The notes beneath the pieces were generated by a model. The model was not told the origin of the DNA. It did not search any database and saw only the letters and a program-made list of their open reading frames with translations. The position numbers were made by a program, and so were the translations under genes. This document shows positions 7,067 through 13,169 of a stretch of DNA of 34,147 bases, in pieces. This DNA is from a virus. Each line of letters starts with the position of its first letter. Within the stretch, counting starts at the first letter, position 1. The stretch lies in IMG/VR virus record IMGVR_UViG_3300017764_000033, one strand, 5' to 3'.

Positions 7067-7735
7067 TTATTCCCACGAAACGTCATCTGAAATATCGCTA
7101 CCATATGGCAGTTCACCTTCCCATCTACGTTGGTTTAAATACGTTGTTAGGTAGGGCAGGTAGGGCATCTTCTTGTGCTTCTCGTGATGGGCTATATACA
7201 ATGGTACATTTACCTGCACTAAGCGTTGTTCTCCAATACTGAGCCTCCTGTATGCAGTATATGCTGTTTTCTTGACTCCCTTCTTCCTGTAGCTGATCCA
7301 TAATTCTTCAAAATCAAGTGAGTATACACTATTATTTTTACTATCTATTTTACTTATATCTTTAGAAGTATCTCCTCCGTGTATTTGGGCGGTAGGGTGT
7401 ACGTTAGATTGACGTGTACCCTCATCGTATTCTTGACGAGGAGGCTGTCCGTAGAACGGGCTATTCTGCACATAGATCCTGCGCTCTATAACCTGCTTAC
7501 CTTCGTATATCAATTCTCTTCTGATTACTTCCGCTCTCTCAAGTACAACAAGATCTCTTTCGAGGCTCTTAGCACTGCACCTGTTCATGAGTATCAATGT
7601 GCTGTTCTTAGCATAGCAGTAGCCTTTCTTAACGCTTAAACTATTCATGAGGCCTATGAGGGTACATTGCCTGTGGTTGAACCTGTCAAGGTAGGTCAAT
7701 GGATATAGTACGAAATAATTTGCTTCTTGATTCAT
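7067..7735 (-). CDS. Putative replication initiator / replisome organiser (winged-helix N-terminus)
   Basis: 222 aa. The N-terminus is wHTH-like (CTLIGLMNSLSVKKGYCYAKNSTLILMNRCSAKSLERDLVVLERAEVI). The C-terminus has FEELWISYRKKGVKKTAYTAYRRL, which resembles the F..FW..YP.K motif of phage DnaD-like initiators (recall). Confidence 0.45.
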   Translation of the reverse strand: MNQEANYFVLYPLTYLDRFNHRQCTLIGLMNSLSVKKGYCYAKNSTLILMNRCSAKSLERDLVVLERAEVIRRELIYEGKQVIERRIYVQNSPFYGQPPRQEYDEGTRQSNVHPTAQIHGGDTSKDISKIDSKNNSVYSLDFEELWISYRKKGVKKTAYTAYRRLSIGEQRLVQVNVPLYIAHHEKHKKMPYLPYLTTYLNQRRWEGELPYGSDISDDVSWE

Positions 7736-7773
7736 TATGTCTATCTTTACGATTCCGATGCTTCCACATCGGT

Positions 7774-7789
7774 GCTTTTTGATTATACT
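7774..7789 (-). promoter_or_regulatory. AGTATAATCAAAAAGC leader / -7-like block upstream of the initiator-like gene
   Basis: Same block as at 32142..32156, 32940..32955 and other sites. A 6-bp leader hairpin follows (CCGATG-N6-CATCGG, 7755..7772). Confidence 0.4.
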
Positions 7790-7793
7790 GAAA

Positions 7794-7812
7794 GAGGGGC
7801 TGTGCGCCCCTC
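7794..7812 (-). terminator. GC-rich hairpin after the SSB-like gene (weak T-tract)
   Basis: Minus strand GAGGGGC-GCACA-GCCCCTC, followed only by TTTC. Confidence 0.4.
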
Positions 7813-7829
7813 TCTCTTTTTACAATATA

Positions 7830-8309
7830 TTAAAACGGCAAGTCGTTCGCAACCGCAGGTGGCTTTGTTTCTACCACAGGTGGTAAAGCCTTCTCTTCAG
7901 TTTCTCGGAGTACCCATTTTTCAAGATCCTCCGCTACTGCTTTCATGTCTCCAATCATAACGTGTCCTGCTACTACAAGATCAGTTGCTCTTTGTAAGAC
8001 ATTCATGCGGACTATGCGCCCTTCAGTCTTAGGATCTTTGCCCTTGTATCCACCTCCACCATTAGATCCGTTAAAAGGCATTGCAGGAGGTTTAACGCTA
8101 TAGAACGTCTGCCCGTTGTATTCACGGCTTGTTCTTGTATACGATGCCTCTACACCTGTAACGAATTTTGTCTGATCGGGACTTTTACTATTGTAGTCTC
8201 CATACTCTCCGTTATCGAAGTGTACCTCGAACTTGTACATTGTCCCATACTTGCTGTCCCACGTTCCGTTAGGAGTTACGCTTTTTACAACTGCTTTACT
8301 TTCTTCCAT
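7830..8309 (-). CDS. Putative ssDNA-binding protein with an SSB-type acidic C-terminal tip
   Basis: 159 aa. Beta-rich N-terminal half, Gly-rich linker (NGSNGGGGYKG), Pro-rich tail ending ...ANDLPF. Compare the bacterial SSB C-terminal D-D-D-I-P-F tip. Confidence 0.45.
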   Translation of the reverse strand: MEESKAVVKSVTPNGTWDSKYGTMYKFEVHFDNGEYGDYNSKSPDQTKFVTGVEASYTRTSREYNGQTFYSVKPPAMPFNGSNGGGGYKGKDPKTEGRIVRMNVLQRATDLVVAGHVMIGDMKAVAEDLEKWVLRETEEKALPPVVETKPPAVANDLPF

Positions 8310-8497
8310 TTTTCTTGTGCTTGAAGTTTATATCCATATAAATTAAGTATTTCTCGTTTTTTCTCAGTGCTCAATCGCCCCAATCCGTACTGATGTCTCC
8401 ATGAGGCTACCGTATTATAGGTTGGCCCTGCATCAGTTAATGTCTGATTCGTATAACGAAACACGTCCGCTAAACAATCATCAATCGATCCTCTCAT
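8285..8497 (-). CDS. Hypothetical small protein
   Basis: 70-aa ORF that overlaps both neighbouring genes. Confidence 0.5.
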   Translation of the reverse strand: MRGSIDDCLADVFRYTNQTLTDAGPTYNTVASWRHQYGLGRLSTEKKREILNLYGYKLQAQEKWKKVKQL

Positions 8498-8612
8498 TTG
8501 TCCTTGCTTTTATTAAGTCATTTAACAATTCTGCATTCTCTTCTTTTGCCTCTTGTAGTGCAGTCTCAAGAGCTTTTATTCTTGCCTTCATGTATGTCAT
8601 ATCCTTTTCCAT
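8481..8612 (-). CDS. Unlisted 43-aa coiled-coil ORF
   Basis: My translation is MEKDMTYMKARIKALETALQEAKEENAELLNDLIKARTNERID*. The ATG lies 1 nt after the upstream TAA, and the 3' end overlaps the next ATG by 17 nt. It fills an otherwise 116-nt gap and is below the size cut-off of the ORF track. Confidence 0.4.
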   Translation of the reverse strand: MEKDMTYMKARIKALETALQEAKEENAELLNDLIKARTNERID

Positions 8613-8613
8613 A

Positions 8614-8823
8614 TTACATACATAAATATCCATACACATGATAAGGGTCTAAGTAAGACACTTCAAACGTATCCATGTTTTGACACACACATAATGGTGC
8701 GCCTTCTTTAAATCGTATTCCCATAAAAATGTACCGATTGTCATCATGCGTAAACTGCTCTTGCAAATGCGTGAGCAATGTCGTTACAGCATCTTCTTCC
8801 AATAGTTCGTCTAACCAAGTCAT
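8614..8823 (-). CDS. Hypothetical small protein
   Basis: 69-aa ORF immediately downstream of a full promoter cassette. Confidence 0.6.
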   Translation of the reverse strand: MTWLDELLEEDAVTTLLTHLQEQFTHDDNRYIFMGIRFKEGAPLCVCQNMDTFEVSYLDPYHVYGYLCM

Positions 8824-8844
8824 AATTTTTGCTTTTTGATATAC

Positions 8845-8875
8845 TAAAGGTAATGGTTCTTTGTGATATTACAAA
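8845..8875 (-). promoter_or_regulatory. Bacteroidota-type promoter: TTTG-N19-TACCTTTA
   Basis: The minus strand reads TTTG TAATATCACAAAGAACCAT TACCTTTA, then GTATATCAAAAAGC, and the ATG at 8823 follows 8 nt later. The -33 box lies inside the imperfect palindrome TTTGTAATATCACAAA. Confidence 0.6.
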
Positions 8876-8886
8876 ATACAATGGCA

Positions 8887-8908
8887 TAAAAAAGGGCTGA
8901 CCTCAGCC
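8887..8908 (-). terminator. Rho-independent terminator
   Basis: Minus strand GGCTG-AGGT-CAGCC, followed by CTTTTTT. Confidence 0.5.
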
Positions 8909-9077
8909 AACCCTCTCAAAGTAACGTAACACAATAATTACTCCGATAGCTTGTTTATACGTCCAATTCCTTGCGCCTGTAATGATCCATCACAACATTT
9001 TCTGCTGTACTTACCATTGCTACATAGACAACCACGCTCGTCATCTTTTCTTGTACTCTCTCCGTGCGTTTTGTTTC

Positions 9078-9944
9078 CTATCTCGTCCATATCGTTGGTA
9101 AAATCACTAATCTACATTTGCCTTGCTCTTCCGTATACACTAAATCTGCTACTACACAGCCTATCGGTTTAGGTGGTGCGCCTCTCTCAACGTGCCATCC
9201 CATATAACCATCCCTAAATTCATCTTTATAACACCCTGTTCTGAAGTGATGCACTTCTCTATGCTTAGGTATCATCGTATTCTTACACAGGTATTTCTTA
9301 CTCCACACCATCGTGTATAACTCATGAACGTGTCCCATCATAACAAGATCCGCACCTTCAATATCAGCCATTTGCCGTTGGTGCTGTATCACACCTCTTG
9401 TAACAGGGCCACCTCCACCACTTCCGTGATAGTAGTACATATTACATTTTACGGTCTTTTGGCTGTTATCGTAAGGCTTAATCTGCCATGACAACCAACC
9501 ACCATATCCACCAATCGAAAGCTCTCCATTTGCTACGTGATTAAACAGGTCTACAAATCTCTGCAATGGATCAGTTTCAATGTTCTTCACGATAGCTGTC
9601 TCATGATTACCATACCCTACCAAGATTAAGATACTTGCATACGGCTTAAACCACTCTACAGCATCCTCAATCACAGCATCAATATAGTTCGGCTTGTTGT
9701 GTTCGGGTAGTATGTCCTTCTTGCTTCTTCTTGGATCATACTTACCCTGCATCAAACAAAACAAATCTCCATTTATGATCACCTTACGATCCTCTGATAG
9801 ACATCGGTCTAAATGCTTCTTCAACAAATCACGATCACACTTCGGGTTGTCCCAATGTATGTCGCTCATAAATGCTAACTTTTGCTCCTTTACCCCGCTC
9901 GTCTTACCAACATGGCTGTTACGATGTTTTGCTACTAATTTCAT
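9078..9944 (-). CDS. Calcineurin-like metallophosphoesterase
   Basis: Motifs in canonical order: FMSDIHWD (DxH), INGDLF (GD), VGYGNHE (GNHE), MMGHVHE (GH.H). The start is placed at ATG 9944, which forms an ATGA overlap with the holin stop. The track ORF extends to 10031. Confidence 0.75.
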   Translation of the reverse strand: MKLVAKHRNSHVGKTSGVKEQKLAFMSDIHWDNPKCDRDLLKKHLDRCLSEDRKVIINGDLFCLMQGKYDPRRSKKDILPEHNKPNYIDAVIEDAVEWFKPYASILILVGYGNHETAIVKNIETDPLQRFVDLFNHVANGELSIGGYGGWLSWQIKPYDNSQKTVKCNMYYYHGSGGGGPVTRGVIQHQRQMADIEGADLVMMGHVHELYTMVWSKKYLCKNTMIPKHREVHHFRTGCYKDEFRDGYMGWHVERGAPPKPIGCVVADLVYTEEQGKCRLVILPTIWTR

Positions 9945-10324
9945 TTGACCTTTCCTCTTTTGTCTATGGTACGCACGGCAAAATAGCCTCCTATTACCGA
10001 TACGCTCACCATCTGCCATAATGATATCCACGCATCATCTACCTCAAGCCAATCCGCACCATCAAAAAAGGTCAGCAAGATCAGTGTACTTATTACTACT
10101 ATTAGGGTTAGCGGTCTAACGTTCTTAGATAGCCAAGAGTCTGACTCCATGTCAGCTTTCCATCGTTCTGATATAGTACGCTCAATAGCCGCTTCAAACT
10201 CCTTTTTCTCTTCAGGTGTTTGGATAAACTTATCTGCCACATCAGATACTTCTTTAATGACCGATACAGCACCGCCTCCCAATAATTTCTTAAGTACACC
10301 ACTCATAATCTTTAACTTCCACAC
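9941..10324 (-). CDS. Holin (two predicted TM helices)
   Basis: The N-terminus, LLGGGAVSVIKEVSDVADKFIQTPEEKKEFE, resembles 3TM/GTA-type holins (recall). TM segments are PLTLIVVISTLILLTFF and ISLWQMVSVSVIGGYFAV. It lies next to the endolysin. The likely start is ATG 10306. Confidence 0.6.
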   Translation of the reverse strand: MWKLKIMSGVLKKLLGGGAVSVIKEVSDVADKFIQTPEEKKEFEAAIERTISERWKADMESDSWLSKNVRPLTLIVVISTLILLTFFDGADWLEVDDAWISLWQMVSVSVIGGYFAVRTIDKRGKVK

Positions 10325-10428
10325 CCCTCACAATCGGGGTTATCAATACTACACGCATTCTCATTCTTCGGATCAACTTCTAACTCGTTAACCCAATCAC
10401 TAAAATCATTACTCAATGATCCATCCAT
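10312..10428 (-). CDS. Possible 38-aa acidic Cys-containing peptide between endolysin and holin
   Basis: MDGSLSNDFSDWVNELEVDPKNENACSIDNPDCEGCGS*. The longer track ORF (to 10503) lies mostly inside the endolysin gene in another frame. Confidence 0.25.
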   Translation of the reverse strand: MDGSLSNDFSDWVNELEVDPKNENACSIDNPDCEGCGS

Positions 10429-10846
10429 ATTCCGCTTGTACATCAAAGCAAGGACACGCCTTACTACTAAATTCATTATGACCATGCAGGGTTGATCCTT
10501 CATATTGATGGGTTAGCAACTTCAACAGGTACGTCAGAGCAATATCTTGCTCATGCGTTCTTGTATCTTTAGGCTCTCCATCCTTATCAAGTCCTCCTAC
10601 ATAACATACACCCACACTGCCTGTGTTCTCTCCTTTTACATGAGCACCAACACGACTTACATCACGACCTGCGTGTACTTGACCATTAAGGTCTATCACA
10701 TAATGATATCCTATATCTGACCAACCACGCATTTTATGCCATTTTCTGATAGTTTCGACACTAATGGGCTGTCCTTCTCTCGTTGCACTACAATGCACGA
10801 TTACCTTACTGATTTCCCTACTTGTTCTCTCTAACATCTTCGGCAT
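10409..10846 (-). CDS. N-acetylmuramoyl-L-alanine amidase endolysin (Amidase_2 / T7-lysozyme-like)
   Basis: VIVHCSAT...WHKMRGWSDIGYHYVID..GQVHAGR...GAHVKG.N..SVGVCYVGG...HGHNEF..KACPCFDV. This covers the full set of PGRP/T7 lysozyme signature blocks. Confidence 0.9.
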   Translation of the reverse strand: MPKMLERTSREISKVIVHCSATREGQPISVETIRKWHKMRGWSDIGYHYVIDLNGQVHAGRDVSRVGAHVKGENTGSVGVCYVGGLDKDGEPKDTRTHEQDIALTYLLKLLTHQYEGSTLHGHNEFSSKACPCFDVQAEYGWIIE

Positions 10847-11108
10847 AATATATTCCCTTATCTAAATCCAGGGTTCCTTCTCCATATTGCTCTTCAAACG
10901 TGTTTAACTCCGCCTGTAAGGATGACGTTGCATCAAGAACCTCTTGTCTACTCGCCTGTAACACTTGCTCTAATTGCTCTTTGCTCCATGAAATCTCATA
11001 GAACTTAGCCTTAGCACCTGCAAGTACGTTGTTCATTTCGCGCAATTCCTCTAAATGCGTCTCGTTAATTTGCCTGTGAATAGGCGCGTGATCTTTCTTC
11101 TTACCCAT
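10818..11108 (-). CDS. Hypothetical coiled-coil protein
   Basis: 96-aa ORF that follows a promoter-like element and overlaps the endolysin start. Confidence 0.6.
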   Translation of the reverse strand: MGKKKDHAPIHRQINETHLEELREMNNVLAGAKAKFYEISWSKEQLEQVLQASRQEVLDATSSLQAELNTFEEQYGEGTLDLDKGIYYAEDVRENK

Positions 11109-11124
11109 GTTAAATGTTTTTTGA

Positions 11125-11143
11125 TTTTACAATGTACAAAAAA
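11125..11143 (-). promoter_or_regulatory. Short-form promoter/operator element
   Basis: The minus strand reads TTTTTTGTACATTGTAAAA, fused to the leader block (A)ATCAAAAAAC, with the ATG at 11108 following 7 nt later. Confidence 0.4.
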
Positions 11144-11243
11144 TATCAACGTCTATGGCGCATTTTTTGAACCGAGTCTAATTGGTCACGCAAATGGACT
11201 CTCCCAAATATGTCATACCAATCGCGTATAATTTGTATCCAAT

Positions 11244-12350
11244 TCATCGTATCTGATAGTTTATACCTGCTCGTAGGTTAAAGATATTTCTGTCCCAATA
11301 CTGCATATATTCAGCCTCAGTGAAAATGCCCCATCTCTGACCTAATTTCCAACCTAAAACCATTCCTGCATTATAGTCTATCCATTGGCCATCTACCCAA
11401 TGATTCGTGTTGTCAAGTTCGTCAGCGAAATTCTCATACGAAAACATATGATCCCCGTAGATGTGTCTATGCCAAGGCAATACACTTGCCCAAGCGTGAA
11501 TCCAAAACTTTTCTTCGTAGTGGTAGTAGTCTAATCCTACAATTGCACTTGCACTATACAAAGGCCCGACAAGAGCGTACATAGTGCGATTATAGTCATT
11601 CACTATGTTGCCGTATATGTAGGTTCTAAAGTCAGCATCAGTGGCCGCTACTTGCACATCATTTGCATCACACCATAGCCAATCTGAATTGTCAATCACA
11701 TCATCATTGTCAAAGTCAATACCATACGGGACATCCTTGTATCCATACTCATATGCTAAATCCCACCATGCCTTGTCCTGTAGGTATATTGCAACAGGAT
11801 TATACCCATATGCTCTATGTTGTCTTGCCGCTATACCAAAGCTGAGGTCTATTTCACCTACATGAAGTCTTGCTCTGCTCTCTACTTGTGTATAATTGAG
11901 ATCCACAAGACCTTGCCTGTAAAACTCTCCTTTCAACATGAAATACTTACTCAAGTACCTCATGAAATACCTCTGATTCACATAATCACGCCCTTGTTGT
12001 CTACCTCTATCGTATTGAGCAAGGTATTCTATACCTGTTACTGATCCTATTGTAGCACTGAGGGCTGTGGTGCTTTCCGTTTGACCATCGTAGAAGCGAT
12101 TTTGCTTATTCTCATAGTCATATCGTGCCACTCTTCTAATACCAATCGTTGCTTTGTAGTCAATAGGGTTCTGACGAGTAATATCCATCAACGAGCCATC
12201 TTGCGATACAAAGTATTCCGTTGGGGCATCCATAGGAGTAGAAGCAAAAAGGCTTGAGTACATGGTTGCGTACTTAAACAGCCCACCCACTTTTTGCGCC
12301 TGTACCATAGTGGTACACATCATAAAAAAGGTTACTAAAAATGCTCTCAT
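11244..12350 (-). CDS. Secreted beta-barrel outer-membrane-like protein
   Basis: 368 aa. Signal peptide MRAFLVTFFMMCTTMVQA/QK. Rich in Tyr, Trp, Asp and Gly, with many alternating amphipathic strands (ATIGIRRVARYDY, IDLSFGIAAR, AIVGLDYYHY, AGMVLGWKLG, WGIFTEAEYMQY, FNLRAGINYQI). The C-terminal strand ends ...GINYQIR. Confidence 0.55.
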   Translation of the reverse strand: MRAFLVTFFMMCTTMVQAQKVGGLFKYATMYSSLFASTPMDAPTEYFVSQDGSLMDITRQNPIDYKATIGIRRVARYDYENKQNRFYDGQTESTTALSATIGSVTGIEYLAQYDRGRQQGRDYVNQRYFMRYLSKYFMLKGEFYRQGLVDLNYTQVESRARLHVGEIDLSFGIAARQHRAYGYNPVAIYLQDKAWWDLAYEYGYKDVPYGIDFDNDDVIDNSDWLWCDANDVQVAATDADFRTYIYGNIVNDYNRTMYALVGPLYSASAIVGLDYYHYEEKFWIHAWASVLPWHRHIYGDHMFSYENFADELDNTNHWVDGQWIDYNAGMVLGWKLGQRWGIFTEAEYMQYWDRNIFNLRAGINYQIR

Positions 12351-12351
12351 A

Positions 12352-12705
12352 TCAAAATTTGTTAGCTCCTGTGATCCTATCTACCTCTCGCTGTACATTC
12401 ATATAGTCCACTCTGAGCTGTAGGCTTATACCTGCTTCCCAACGTGCTATCTCTTTACCATTATTGTACAATATCAATGAAGGGACACTCATTATGTGCA
12501 TTTGCTCCTGTATCATTGCGTTATCATCTATCCATATCGTGTACTTGTCAACGTCAATTACCTTTCTCTTGTCATTGAAGGTGTTATTTTCGTTAAATCG
12601 AGCGTTAAACTCTACAAGTGCAAGTCCTCTTTGCCATGCCTCTTTCTTCGCAGGTGTAAATGCACACATAATACATGCTAATATGGTCAGTAATGATCGT
12701 TTCAT
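12352..12705 (-). CDS. Exported thioredoxin-fold protein lacking the CxxC active site (possible lipoprotein)
   Basis: 117 aa. Signal/lipobox-like MKRSLLTILAC. ALVEFNARFNENN aligns to thioredoxin vLVdFwAeWCgpC, with both cysteines absent. SVPSLILYNNGKEIARWEAG matches the cis-Pro block (vPTlilfknGkev..G). Confidence 0.55.
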   Translation of the reverse strand: MKRSLLTILACIMCAFTPAKKEAWQRGLALVEFNARFNENNTFNDKRKVIDVDKYTIWIDDNAMIQEQMHIMSVPSLILYNNGKEIARWEAGISLQLRVDYMNVQREVDRITGANKF

Positions 12706-12980
12706 CGTATCTCAAATAATCTCTCTTCCATTCTTTCGAGCTGTTTCTTTATATCAGCTACGTCATCCTGTGTATTCATGATTGTCTCACGAACGAGTTT
12801 GTCTTTTAAGTCAAATTCAACTCTACCAATTACAGGTTGCGGTAACGTCTTAGCCTCTTGAACCTCAGCTTTAAGGTCAAAGTACCCCATTGTAGCCATC
12901 ACACAAGCCCCTATAATGACTCCTAACGACTTTAAACTTAATCCTAATACCGTGTTCTCGCTGACCTCGTTAATTGCCAT
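12702..12980 (-). CDS. Single-pass membrane protein with a C-terminal coiled coil
   Basis: 92 aa. TM segment LKSLGVIIGACVMATMGYF, then a helical, charged C-terminus (DDVADIKKQLERMEERLFEI). ATGA overlap with the next gene. Confidence 0.6.
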   Translation of the reverse strand: MAINEVSENTVLGLSLKSLGVIIGACVMATMGYFDLKAEVQEAKTLPQPVIGRVEFDLKDKLVRETIMNTQDDVADIKKQLERMEERLFEIR

Positions 12981-12986
12981 TACGTC

Positions 12987-13169
12987 TTAGCTTTTGTGGT
13001 ACATTACGAAGATCTTGTAATCTCCTGCATCCAATGTTTGTATTTTTGCTTCAGCATTAGCTATATCTGCGTAGCTCGTTACGTCAGTATCCCCAACGTA
13101 TTGCCTCCATTCCGTTCCGTGTAGCACTTGTGCGTTTGCTGTATCCTCGATGTAGTACTTCTTGTCCAT
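12987..13169 (-). CDS. Hypothetical small protein
   Basis: 60-aa ORF. Its ATG overlaps the fibre gene's stop (TAATG). Confidence 0.5.
   Translation of the reverse strand: MDKKYYIEDTANAQVLHGTEWRQYVGDTDVTSYADIANAEAKIQTLDAGDYKIFVMYHKS

Noticed and set aside
8916-9077. A 29-codon minus-strand ORF (MTSVVVYVAMVSTAENVVMDHYRRKELDV) in the gap after the phosphoesterase gene
   Set aside because: It is very short and shows no coupling or leader motif. I could not distinguish it from chance, so the region is left as untranslated 3' sequence ahead of the terminator.
10108-10302. Minus-strand 64-aa ORF nested in the holin gene. The same applies to 17688..17879 in the portal gene and 20342..20566 in the 122-aa gene.
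   Set aside because: These are alternative-frame ORFs that lie wholly inside better-supported genes. There is no independent start context.
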